Positions 54,996 through 64,000 of a stretch of 64,000 nucleotides of DNA are shown one piece after another. The translations under genes were made by a program, and so were the position numbers. The notes under the pieces are model-generated. The model made no database searches. It saw only the letters and a program-made list of their open reading frames with translations, and was not told the origin of the DNA. The DNA is taken from IMG/VR virus record IMGVR_UViG_3300025879_000014; one strand, 5' to 3'. This DNA is from an uncultured virus (IMG/VR IMGVR_UViG_3300025879_000014). Taxonomy: Duplodnaviria > Heunggongvirae > Uroviricota > Caudoviricetes. How positions within the stretch are numbered: position 1 is the stretch's first letter; every line of letters begins with the position of its first letter.

Positions 54996-55164
54996 CTACT
55001 TGGTCACCTATATTTGTGTTATTATACATAGACGACGCAACTTCGATTCTTTTAGCGTTTAACGCATCAGTGACTTTACTAGCCATAACTGCGTTGAATA
55101 CACTTTGTGTTGCTTCGTCATCTCCAGCTTGTAAGCTGTTAATTAAATCAATTGTATTACTCAT
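54946..55164 (-). CDS. Small prohead core protein (gp67 position)
   Basis: Synteny; late promoter upstream. Confidence 0.6.
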   Translation of the reverse strand: MSNTIDLINSLQAGDDEATQSVFNAVMASKVTDALNAKRIEVASSMYNNTNIGDQVDVDVQTNDVEPLGSEE

Positions 55165-55183
55165 AACTATTCACCTTTGCTTA

Positions 55184-55191
55184 TATTTATA
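55184..55191 (-). promoter_or_regulatory. T4-type late promoter
   Basis: TATAAATA. Confidence 0.8.
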
Positions 55192-55203
55192 CGATTAGAT
55201 TTT

Positions 55204-56688
55204 TTAGAAATCTTCTTCGTCGTCGTACTTACCCTTCTCGTCTTCAATCTGCTTATCGATTTCTTCTACTTCTTCATCGGTTTGCATTAAGATATTACGA
55301 CGGACATACTGTACCGAGTAGTACTTACCTACATATTCGTCAAGTTCGCGAAGGGTATTAATACGCTCGCGAAGGATTTCTGCTTCTTTAAGTTCGGCAA
55401 AATAAGACTCTTGTTTAAAGTCGATAGAGATATCCGAACGCATCCAGTTCCAATCTTCTCGAGTAGCAATACCTTTAAGTACAAGCTGAATCTTAAGAGC
55501 TTGGTAAAACATATCTGAAAACTTGTTACGAAGTTTTGCTACGAATCTAGCAAACTTAACTTCGTCTCGAGTGATCTCAGAAGTACGACCAAGACTAAAT
55601 TGAGCTTCTTGTTCTAATCGACTAGAAGGAACGTTTAATGCTTTATATAGCTTCTTCTGGAAGTAAACTATATCGTCAATCTGTCCAAGGTTTTCGCCAC
55701 CTGGAAGTGTAGAAATCTCAGTACCTCGACCGCCTTCTCGACGTGGCAACCAGAAGTCCTCTAGCATTGACATATTTTTACGATCGTCTCCGACTTCACC
55801 AGTCTGAGCGTCATACACCATTTTGTTACGGTAGTTGCTCATGATAGAACGTAGGTATTCTTCTGCTTTACCTTTCGGCAAGTTACCAACATCAATATAG
55901 AATACTCGACGTTCTGGCGCACGAGACATACGGTATATAACCAACGCATCTTCCATCATTCGAAGTTGATTAGCTGGCTTCATAGCTTTATCTAAGTACG
56001 ATATAACTCGGTCTTTACCTGGAGATAGAAGTCCAGAAGGTACGTACAAAATAGAATCTTTAGAAATCTTAAGACCTTGACCTGATTTATTCAATCCTGA
56101 ATCTTGGTAAATGTAGTATTCTTCTACACCAGTTACTATATTGGCTCCGGTCTTAGGATCTTTCTCTTCTTTTACTTCTTTAACCTTTCGGATTCTCGTT
56201 GGGTCAATAGGACGTAGTTCTTGAATCCCTTTCTTAGGATTTCGTTCGTCTATTACGATATGGAAATACATACGTCCGTCAATGTACCAGCGACGGAATA
56301 AATCGTGACCTGTAGCAGAGAAGTTTAACAACGAGATTATAGAATCAAATTCTTCTCGTATCATTTTCTTAATTCTGTCTGGTTGATCTAATCTATCTAA
56401 AGAAAGATTTACAACTTCGTTATCGTCACCGACAACAACAGATTCGTTAACTATATCTTCAATAGCAGCGTCGACTTCAGGGTATTGGGCGACCTCACGA
56501 TACTTACCGATAAGTTCGTTTTCGTTCTTGGCTTGACCGCCAGACATATCCACATATTGACCGAAATGACCGCCAGCCTTTATGACTCCGGTACCATCGT
56601 CTTCCATTGGAGCAACAAACGACTTCTTCGCTTCTTGTTCCTTTTTATCATCTTTTCGCTTTATTTCAAAGCCAAATAAGTCTGCCAT
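55204..56688 (-). CDS. gp20: Portal protein
   Basis: RAPERRVFYIDVGNLPK, EDFWLPRREGGRGTEI. Confidence 0.97.
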   Translation of the reverse strand: MADLFGFEIKRKDDKKEQEAKKSFVAPMEDDGTGVIKAGGHFGQYVDMSGGQAKNENELIGKYREVAQYPEVDAAIEDIVNESVVVGDDNEVVNLSLDRLDQPDRIKKMIREEFDSIISLLNFSATGHDLFRRWYIDGRMYFHIVIDERNPKKGIQELRPIDPTRIRKVKEVKEEKDPKTGANIVTGVEEYYIYQDSGLNKSGQGLKISKDSILYVPSGLLSPGKDRVISYLDKAMKPANQLRMMEDALVIYRMSRAPERRVFYIDVGNLPKGKAEEYLRSIMSNYRNKMVYDAQTGEVGDDRKNMSMLEDFWLPRREGGRGTEISTLPGGENLGQIDDIVYFQKKLYKALNVPSSRLEQEAQFSLGRTSEITRDEVKFARFVAKLRNKFSDMFYQALKIQLVLKGIATREDWNWMRSDISIDFKQESYFAELKEAEILRERINTLRELDEYVGKYYSVQYVRRNILMQTDEEVEEIDKQIEDEKGKYDDEEDF

Positions 56689-56756
56689 TTTTCACCCTAC
56701 TATTGAAGATACAGTTAATGGGGGAGAGATTCCCCCATAACCGTTAAACATAATTA

Positions 56757-56764
56757 TATTTATA
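56757..56764 (-). promoter_or_regulatory. T4-type late promoter
   Basis: TATAAATA. Confidence 0.8.
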
Positions 56765-56769
56765 CGACC

Positions 56770-57294
56770 TTATGAAGTCGTATTTGATTCCCAATACTGT
56801 ACTTGTAACTCTACAGTGAACTCTTCAATAGCGTTTTCAGAATCATAAGATACTTCGATTGCCGATACGTTAGTTGGGAAACAACCACGGAAATCGTAAT
56901 TCTTAAGAACTGAACCGTCTTTGTCGAGTTGTTGAACTGCTAAGTCAGCCATATAAGAAGATGGGTTTACAAGACCATCGCCTGATGTGTGACCGTTGAT
57001 AGCGTTCATCCACTGCTCAAAAGAGTCGCGGACTGCAAAGTTAGTATCATTAATAATTGTAATTGTCCAAGGTTCAAACGTTCTGTCGCCAGCAATTTGA
57101 AGCTGACGTCCACGGAACGGAATAGTAATTGGAGCAATAATCGATGCAGGCAACTGAGCAGCTTTACACATGAATGAAGACAATTCATTATTGCCACCAA
57201 TCCCTGCGCCGTAGTTTACAATTGCTTTGAACAAGTTAGCACGAGCACCGCCACCAGTCAATTTGCCTTTAAAATCGTCGATACGTAATGACAT
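56770..57294 (-). CDS. gp19: Tail tube protein
   Basis: GGARANLF, GDRTFEPWTITI.ND, IEEFTV. Confidence 0.95.
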   Translation of the reverse strand: MSLRIDDFKGKLTGGGARANLFKAIVNYGAGIGGNNELSSFMCKAAQLPASIIAPITIPFRGRQLQIAGDRTFEPWTITIINDTNFAVRDSFEQWMNAINGHTSGDGLVNPSSYMADLAVQQLDKDGSVLKNYDFRGCFPTNVSAIEVSYDSENAIEEFTVELQVQYWESNTTS

Positions 57295-57298
57295 TGTA

Positions 57299-59329
57299 TT
57301 AACCTCCTACAATTTCAGAGAACTCAACACCAGTACGAGTGGCAATGAAGTTCAACGTAATAAAGTTGATAGAACGAGCAGGTTTGATGTAGATATCAGC
57401 TACGAAACGATTTGTATCGATAACCTGTCCAGTGTTGTTAGTTTCGTCACATACAACTCGGAAGTCTGTAATACCACGACGACCCTGAACATCACGTAAG
57501 AACGGTTCTACTAAGTTGCGGAACTGAGCACGTGTAAATTCGTCATTGAATTCGAACAATGAGAAACGTGAAGAAGTAGCAATTGCTTTTTCTAATACGA
57601 TGAATAGACGACGAACGTTAATACGATCGAATGCAGAAGGTTTAGCCAACGCAGTCTTATCACCAAACAATACAGTACCTTCACCTGGGAATGAAACTAG
57701 AGGGTTGATACGAGCTTTATAAAGCGTATCGCGCTCAGCTTGCTTCGGATTCCAAGCTAGTTTAACTACACCACGTAATTGACCACGGTTTAATCCAGCT
57801 GGAGAGAACCATGCATCAGCAACTTGGTCAGTGTTAGCACATAGACCAGCAATAGTACCTGCAGCAGAGATCCAACGATATGTGTCGTTGTACTTATCGT
57901 AAACGTAGATAGCGCCAGAATCAAATACACCATAAGAAGATGAATTGATTGCGTCAGCCCAAGTCTTAACAGAGTCTACATCACGAGCAGAGATTGGAGG
58001 AGAAACAAATGCGATTGCGTCTTTACGACCTTCAGCAATTTCAACAATAGCTTGCGCATCAGCAGAATCTAGGCTTGAACCAATGATTAGGTTAATATCT
58101 AGAGTATCGGCATCAGAGAAGATATCGTATCCGCCAGCAGTATCGTTTGAGTCAGCGATAGTGTTAGTACCACCAGCTAGGTTATACTCAAGCGCAACAG
58201 TAGAAGATAACAAAGTAGTATCAGCTTCGCCGAACCACAAGTAATCTGAAGTTCCGTTAATTACGTCAACATAGTAGTTGTTAGTTCCGTCTTCTTTCTT
58301 AGTACCAGATACAGTTGAAACGTAAGCAAACGATTCTAATACAGTATTAGCAGTACCAGTGAATCCGCCGTCTACGTCTAGAACTACAATATGGATTTCG
58401 TTCGCCAAAGGAGCAGAATCGAAAACGCCACGGTAGTCGTCAAAAGAAGTATCAGCAAAAGAAGTAGTGTTCGCTACGATTACTTTGATAGAGTTACCTA
58501 AGTCGCCAGGACAACGAGCAATCCAGTTACCTGCGCCAGCTAGAATTAGGTCTTCATAGTGTTCTTCGTTTTTAACTAAGAAACCAGCAGATGCTACAGT
58601 AACGTCACCAACTGCATTACCATCAAGGTCTACAGTAGGAGCAGTCGTATAGCCAGAACCACCATTAGTAATAGTGACAGCATTTACGCCAAGATCTAAG
58701 TCAACTTCTAGACCAGTACCAGTATTTGAAGTAAGAGCAACGTCTGATAAAGAAGCAGAAATACCAGTGTAAGAACCACCAGATACTACTTGTACAGAAG
58801 CTACACCACCACCAGTACCGACTGATGCTATACGAAGTACAGCTTCGACACCAGAACCGATGTTAAGCGTAAATGTATCGCCGACTACATAGTCTGAACC
58901 AGCAGTTGCGATACTAGCAGTAACTACTTTTGCAGTAGCAGTTGCAGTTGCGCCTGAACCACCGCCACCAGTAAATGATACTGTCGGGATTGTTGAGTAA
59001 CCAGAACCAGCTGAAGTTACTTCAACAGAAGATACTGAGTCAGTTGCGGATGTTGCGTTTTTGAGACCAGTTGTATTGATTCGAGCTACACGCAAGTCGT
59101 CGCCATAAGACAAGAACTGCGCAGCGTTAAAGAATGATCCAGCGGTCGCATCGTTTGGTGCGCCGAACTTAGATACTAAATCTTTTTCGCTTGTAACTTG
59201 AACAACTTGTTCGACTGGACCCCATTGGAATGAACCAGCAATCGCACCAATAGAGGTGGATACAGCTGGAACAACGTTGGTTAGGTCAATTTCTTTGACC
59301 TGAACTCCAGGAGATACTAGAAAAGCCAT
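57299..59329 (-). CDS. gp18: Contractile tail sheath protein with inserted beta-rich repeats
   Basis: SPGVQVKEIDL, WFSPAG, RINVRRLF, KPARSINFI. Confidence 0.96.
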   Translation of the reverse strand: MAFLVSPGVQVKEIDLTNVVPAVSTSIGAIAGSFQWGPVEQVVQVTSEKDLVSKFGAPNDATAGSFFNAAQFLSYGDDLRVARINTTGLKNATSATDSVSSVEVTSAGSGYSTIPTVSFTGGGGSGATATATAKVVTASIATAGSDYVVGDTFTLNIGSGVEAVLRIASVGTGGGVASVQVVSGGSYTGISASLSDVALTSNTGTGLEVDLDLGVNAVTITNGGSGYTTAPTVDLDGNAVGDVTVASAGFLVKNEEHYEDLILAGAGNWIARCPGDLGNSIKVIVANTTSFADTSFDDYRGVFDSAPLANEIHIVVLDVDGGFTGTANTVLESFAYVSTVSGTKKEDGTNNYYVDVINGTSDYLWFGEADTTLLSSTVALEYNLAGGTNTIADSNDTAGGYDIFSDADTLDINLIIGSSLDSADAQAIVEIAEGRKDAIAFVSPPISARDVDSVKTWADAINSSSYGVFDSGAIYVYDKYNDTYRWISAAGTIAGLCANTDQVADAWFSPAGLNRGQLRGVVKLAWNPKQAERDTLYKARINPLVSFPGEGTVLFGDKTALAKPSAFDRINVRRLFIVLEKAIATSSRFSLFEFNDEFTRAQFRNLVEPFLRDVQGRRGITDFRVVCDETNNTGQVIDTNRFVADIYIKPARSINFITLNFIATRTGVEFSEIVGG

Positions 59330-59402
59330 TTGTTATTCCTCATTAAATTATTTACAAGACACATTACAAGGTATTTATTCATCACTGGTACTATTTAGTA
59401 AT

Positions 59403-61013
59403 TTAGAAAAGTCCAGTGTTACTTTCTGTAGTCCACGCATTACCTTCGGCGTCGACTTCATATTCTGGTCCTAACCCATCGTCTGTAAATCCAAACGGAG
59501 TTAGTTCGTTTTCTATAGCAGCGATTTGTTCCCTGTACATCATGTCTTTTATATCGATATCCGTCATCTCGTTAAAGAAGGGCGAAGATACAAACCAACC
59601 AAACATAACTAAGTTCATAACTAAGTCATCGTGGTTATTGTCGCTCGCCTCAAAAGAAGAACCCCTAGCAACAAAGGTAGAAAGTTCAATAATAGTATCA
59701 GAGTCGACAAGTTCTACCTTATCTTGCTCTATTAAATCTTTTAAGTTGGAACAACCGATCCGCTTAACTTTACGGTTCATTGTCATTCCGATAGCGCCAG
59801 CCTTCACCATAGATTCGACGTGGGTGTTTTCGTATTCTAAATCATAGTATAAACCGTTCGCAACCACAGCACCCTGATCGTTCGATTCGATTACAACATA
59901 CGCTTCGTTATACGTGTTAGCATATTTATATATTATATCAGGGAACAATAATGGGGATATCATATTGTTCCGATATACGGCAACTTGTTTGAACGGTCTT
60001 TCAGTTATATCGAATATATTAAAGGTGGAGTAATCTTGCCCCCTGCCCTTTGCCACGTCGACGAACATTAAGTATTCGTGTTTCTCTATTGGTTTAGTAT
60101 AGACCGCAACACCTTCTTGACGATATAAAGGATTCCCCGACTTCAGTTGAAGTAGTTTATCCCCTGATATAAGGGTGTTGCCGTTACCCATGAAGGTGTT
60201 TCCAAATTCTTGGTCAAACTGTAGCTCTGAAGTATTAGAAATAGTCTGTCGTTTCCATTCTTCGTCTCGCCCAGGAACATCCCACCAGTCGACTCGGAAA
60301 GGTTTAAATTCGTTTGTTTCTTGAACAGCACCTTCCCACAGTTTATGATATATGTTACCAATACCATTCGCCGTTGATGTTATTATTACTCGAGAAGTTT
60401 TACCAGAAGATACTACCGGATAAGTCGAAGTATAGAACTCGCCAGCGTTTTCCACGAAAGCGAATTCGTCTAAGAATAGTAAGTTAACCGATAGACCACG
60501 AATCGAAGAACCAGAAGTCGCAGCTGCTAATATTCTAGAGTTGTTTGAGAACTCAATAGAACCTTTGTTTAGAGACTTACATCCAGGTTGTAGAAAGAAA
60601 GGTAGGTTCTCGAGCATAAGGGTAATACGAGAAAGCATTTCCCTCGCCGTAGCACCTTTGTTGGCAAGTATCGCGATAGTCTTTTCTGGGTTGAATAATG
60701 CGTACCATAATAGATAGGCAACGGAAGAAATAGACTTACCTGACTGTCTACAAGCTAGAACAATTGAAAACCTATTATCTTCAAAATGCTTGAACATATC
60801 TTTCTGATACGGATATAGGTTAAAAGGCACTAGACCCCTATCGAGGTTTACCACCTTTAGATAGTTCTCGGCGAAGTAAGAAGCGTCGTTCATACACTTG
60901 GCATATTCACGAACTTCGTCAGCAGTCCATTCCTGTTCTATCCCGTCGCGCTTGACATTCGGATTGCCGAGATAGCCGAGATCGCTATTCTTTATCTTCT
61001 GCATCTGCGGCAA
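59403..61013 (-). CDS. gp17: Terminase large subunit
   Basis: RQSGKS, LDEFAF, TSTANG, DVAKG, HDDLV. Confidence 0.96.
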   Translation of the reverse strand: MPQMQKIKNSDLGYLGNPNVKRDGIEQEWTADEVREYAKCMNDASYFAENYLKVVNLDRGLVPFNLYPYQKDMFKHFEDNRFSIVLACRQSGKSISSVAYLLWYALFNPEKTIAILANKGATAREMLSRITLMLENLPFFLQPGCKSLNKGSIEFSNNSRILAAATSGSSIRGLSVNLLFLDEFAFVENAGEFYTSTYPVVSSGKTSRVIITSTANGIGNIYHKLWEGAVQETNEFKPFRVDWWDVPGRDEEWKRQTISNTSELQFDQEFGNTFMGNGNTLISGDKLLQLKSGNPLYRQEGVAVYTKPIEKHEYLMFVDVAKGRGQDYSTFNIFDITERPFKQVAVYRNNMISPLLFPDIIYKYANTYNEAYVVIESNDQGAVVANGLYYDLEYENTHVESMVKAGAIGMTMNRKVKRIGCSNLKDLIEQDKVELVDSDTIIELSTFVARGSSFEASDNNHDDLVMNLVMFGWFVSSPFFNEMTDIDIKDMMYREQIAAIENELTPFGFTDDGLGPEYEVDAEGNAWTTESNTGLF

Positions 61014-61344
61014 TCACCTTTTCGTCTTTCTTACTATGGAGCATCTTTTGAAGATCGGTAGCAGAACCAACGAATACATTATTTTGAGTTAGTTGAGGAG
61101 TAGATTGCATTTGATCAGGTACGGCAAGAACGTCCTTTTTCTTTTTCTGTAGGTCCATTAACCTATCCGCAATCTCGGCATTCTGTTTCATCATAGTAGA
61201 TAAAACTTCAAATGCCCTTGGGTGTTCACTTTCCCTCGCAAGATCAAGCATCATTTCAATCGCTTCCTCACCCTTCTCTACTAGATTGTAATAATTAGCT
61301 CTAGCAAAATCATAATCGTCATCGATATGTTCATTGTCACTCAT
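60985..61344 (-). CDS. gp16: Terminase small subunit
   Basis: DYDFAR, HPRAFEV, NNVFVGS..DL. Confidence 0.9.
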   Translation of the reverse strand: MSDNEHIDDDYDFARANYYNLVEKGEEAIEMMLDLARESEHPRAFEVLSTMMKQNAEIADRLMDLQKKKKDVLAVPDQMQSTPQLTQNNVFVGSATDLQKMLHSKKDEKVIAADAEDKE

Positions 61345-62319
61345 TTAATTCACCGTATAAGAATCTACCGTAACTTGATCCGAAGATACAAGACCAGTAA
61401 CAGTTTCTCCAATTTGATAATATCCGTCGAGGTTATCGACTGTTATAGTTAGCGTTTGATTAACGGAATCAAAAGATTTCGATGATATGGTACCGCCAAC
61501 TCCAGAATCTTCCCCGACTATAAATTCGCCAAGGGTTAATACTTCTTCGGTCGAATCAATTACCATAGTAATACTACTATTTGGAGAAACGAAATTGAAG
61601 TCTGTAGTAATCGTATGCGGTTCGTCCTCATTAGATTCGAATGGTTCTACTTTAGACACAATATTCTCTAGAGACCTTTCTTGATCTTGTAGTATATGTA
61701 CGTGCGCCAATTTAATTACTGGGCGAGATCCAGGTTTACCATAGAAACGAGTCTTTAATGTAAAGTCTAGAGTATATATTAGAACTCTTCGACTTTCTAG
61801 GTCACCTTCATAGTCATCTTGAATAGAAACAGAGTTAAGTGTAACTGGAATATCGACTGGGTTAACCCCTTCGACCAAGTTAGCTGCTACTGTATATGTC
61901 GGGGGAAATAACGGTAGTATTTGCTCTAATATTTGTAGACCATCGTCTTGGTTCTTAACAAGTATATTAAGTTGCATTCCAACGTTATAGTTTACAAAGT
62001 TAACAGTTTCTCTAGAACCATCGCCTTCTGATATAGTAACTGTATTAAACTTATTACCAATAGTTTCAGAGTCGTAGTCTATAGAAGTAATCTCAAAAGA
62101 CATCCTTGGTAGTTTAATAGCAATCCTATTGTTTTCTAACGAAGGCTGTTCGTCTATACGGGAAAGGAACTTTTGCTTCGGTCCATAGGCAAGTGGAACT
62201 TTATTGACTGAACCCTCGCCTGAGTTATGTTTCTTGATAATGTTAATATCATTAAACAAAGTTCCAAATACTGCTACTGTCTTTCTAAGTATAGCGTTAT
62301 AGTGATGTCCACCAAACAT
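61345..62319 (-). CDS. gp15: Tail sheath stabilizer / completion protein with C-terminal extension
   Basis: FGTLFN, VPLAYGPKQKF, LPRMSFE, QILEQILP. Confidence 0.9.
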   Translation of the reverse strand: MFGGHHYNAILRKTVAVFGTLFNDINIIKKHNSGEGSVNKVPLAYGPKQKFLSRIDEQPSLENNRIAIKLPRMSFEITSIDYDSETIGNKFNTVTISEGDGSRETVNFVNYNVGMQLNILVKNQDDGLQILEQILPLFPPTYTVAANLVEGVNPVDIPVTLNSVSIQDDYEGDLESRRVLIYTLDFTLKTRFYGKPGSRPVIKLAHVHILQDQERSLENIVSKVEPFESNEDEPHTITTDFNFVSPNSSITMVIDSTEEVLTLGEFIVGEDSGVGGTISSKSFDSVNQTLTITVDNLDGYYQIGETVTGLVSSDQVTVDSYTVN

Positions 62320-62321
62320 AA

Positions 62322-63227
62322 TTAATCTCCGTTAGGTTCGCCGAATGGGTTGCTTTCTGAGAAGTCCAGAATAGTATCCGCCATCGATTCAATATTGGTA
62401 TTTTGAGCAAACGGATCATACACGCTACTCCCGTCGTTACCTTCGTCTACGTTTATGTTAGTGATTTCTCCAGTAATTCCAGATTCGAATTCTATTTCGC
62501 CTTCTGTGAACTCGGCATAAGTGGCGTCCGAAGTGAATATATTGACTACAGCAATCTCAGCAATCGTATTAGAACGTTTTTCTACGGAAACTACTTCAGC
62601 CGAAATACTAACACCAGAAGGTAGATCCTGTTGTATACGGTCGCCCAATTGTATTAGGTTCGAAGAAAGGTTGCCGATTACTAATACATTCTGATAATCT
62701 AACGCATCTAATCTATCTATCTCAGCCACGCCAGTACTAAACATCTCTTCTGACATTTCGAATGAAGAGCATTGTAACTTATATGTAGGCAAGTTTTGTA
62801 AGTGGTAAAATGGTTGTTCGTGTTCGACTTTATCTATTTGAAAGAACGCATTAGATAAAGGTAAGAATATCACGTCGCCTTCTACTGGTCGATCGGGAGC
62901 ATCTTCCGGATTCCATAGACCGATAACTTTACGCCAGCGACGTTTGGCTACAATAAAGGTTGCTGTATCGCGAATCTCTAAGCCAAACTTTGACATAAGG
63001 TCGCCATCCCCACCAAACCCTTCGGTGTTTTCTATATACATCTCAATAGTATACGCATCGTCAAATTGAGATTCTACTGATTCATTCAGAATATAGTCGC
63101 GTTGTAATACGGTACGTGGAAGATAATACGTATCTTGTCCGTACATTTTGAGAGACTCAATAATCAAGTCTTCATATAGGTCTTGTTCCGTACCTACTTT
63201 TGATGAGAAATATACATTAGTGGCCAT
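62322..63227 (-). CDS. gp14: Neck protein
   Basis: EQDLYEDLIIES, YYLPR, SKFGL, DFSESNPFG. Confidence 0.9.
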   Translation of the reverse strand: MATNVYFSSKVGTEQDLYEDLIIESLKMYGQDTYYLPRTVLQRDYILNESVESQFDDAYTIEMYIENTEGFGGDGDLMSKFGLEIRDTATFIVAKRRWRKVIGLWNPEDAPDRPVEGDVIFLPLSNAFFQIDKVEHEQPFYHLQNLPTYKLQCSSFEMSEEMFSTGVAEIDRLDALDYQNVLVIGNLSSNLIQLGDRIQQDLPSGVSISAEVVSVEKRSNTIAEIAVVNIFTSDATYAEFTEGEIEFESGITGEITNINVDEGNDGSSVYDPFAQNTNIESMADTILDFSESNPFGEPNGD

Positions 63228-63230
63228 TAC

Positions 63231-63980
63231 TTACCCCATAAAGAAATTAACAGGCAGTTCGTGAGATAAACGCATCTCTTCTTCAATACGCTGTATTTCT
63301 TCATTCGCTTCGTCAAACATTTGTTGCCCATTAATAGTAACTCCTCCAGGAAGGGTCATACCGTCGAACTTCTTAATGTTAATTGCCCATTGACGTTTGA
63401 TAAGGGCAGTAGAGTATTTCTTAAGATACATATCATTATATACTTTAGGAAATGAATCTGGGTCGATAATAGAATGAGCTTTAACCACGATAACGCTACC
63501 GACGATTAAATCTTCTTTATCTATTTGAAGGTATAGTCTATTTTCATGACGTTCGAATTGAGAGAATTCCGTAAGACCAGAACCTATCTTCATATCATAC
63601 ATAGCAAGGTTTTGTTGAACCTGCTCATAGTATGCTAGGTTGCCTAGATTACCAAGGTGATACACATCATTTAAGTGTAATTGGTAATTGACATCAAACA
63701 TATTTACTGAGCTGTTTTCAGAAGATAGTGGTAAGATTCGTTCTACAAACAATATCTGATCTGATAACGGTAAGTACATGTTATCAATATCGTCTTGTGT
63801 TATAGTGTGTACATAGAATACACGTTTAGTTGCTTCGTAATTATACTCTTGATAGAATTGAAGTGCTTCTTCGATCCTATCGTTGAGTTGGTCTGGGTCA
63901 ACATTGACCTCGATGACTGGCTCGCCCAACGAGCGTAGGCAGTAATCAATCAGTTCTTGTCTTGTACTTGGGATAGCCAT
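63231..63980 (-). CDS. gp13: Neck protein
   Basis: LIDYCLRSLG.PVIEVNV, KRQW..N..KF....LPGGV. Confidence 0.92.
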   Translation of the reverse strand: MAIPSTRQELIDYCLRSLGEPVIEVNVDPDQLNDRIEEALQFYQEYNYEATKRVFYVHTITQDDIDNMYLPLSDQILFVERILPLSSENSSVNMFDVNYQLHLNDVYHLGNLGNLAYYEQVQQNLAMYDMKIGSGLTEFSQFERHENRLYLQIDKEDLIVGSVIVVKAHSIIDPDSFPKVYNDMYLKKYSTALIKRQWAINIKKFDGMTLPGGVTINGQQMFDEANEEIQRIEEEMRLSHELPVNFFMG

Positions 63981-64000
63981 AAAAATAGTCCTACAGATTA

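Noticed and set aside
2572..62624. The many 60-140 aa plus-strand and nested ORFs in the track
   Set aside because: They are antisense or off-frame shadows of well-supported minus-strand genes, with no recognisable motifs
1..64000. tRNA/rRNA genes, integrase or prophage boundaries, alternative genetic code
   Set aside because: No cloverleaf or rRNA-like sequence seen, no integrase or host genes, and core genes translate full length with the standard code
1..64000. Cyanophage assignment
   Set aside because: Several genes are shared with cyanophages, but there are no photosynthesis genes in the window, and the NrdA ATP cone, DexA, DsbA-like gene and ROSE-like element fit a proteobacterial host better; the host cannot be fixed from this window

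Overview
A 64-kb segment of a lytic T4-like myophage genome. The host is Gram-negative (spanin pair), and the gene set resembles marine non-cyanobacterial T4-like phages. Almost all genes are on the minus strand: neck/tail/head genes gp13-gp23 and gp3 (51-64 kb), then uvsY/uvsW, gp55, gp47/46, a MoxR-AAA/vWA pair, gp45/44/62, regA, hsp20, gp43, uvsX, gp41, nrdAB, rnh, phoH, clpP and groES. Four things stand out. (1) A promoter-led operon beside the DNA polymerase encodes a TET/JBP-type 2OG-Fe(II) dioxygenase, a GT-A glycosyltransferase, a nucleotidyltransferase-kinase fusion and a HAD phosphatase, i.e. a predicted DNA hypermodification system. The oxygenase and glycosyltransferase end in the same clamp-binding-type tail (SLEDFF/TLDEFF) as the polymerase. 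(2) A late-promoter block encodes proteins with T4-type capsid-targeting N-termini and repeated protease-site-like linkers, including ligase-like, nucleotidyltransferase and nuclease-like enzymes. (3) A plus-strand operon encodes secreted pilin/chaperone-like proteins. (4) Regulation is unusually legible: 18 TTTAC(T/A)-N17-TATAAT promoters (one antisense), TATAAATA late promoters, a ROSE-like thermometer before hsp20, and terminator/promoter overlaps. All functional calls come from recognising motifs and gene order by eye; no database searches were run. No tRNA, rRNA, CRISPR array, intron or intein was seen.
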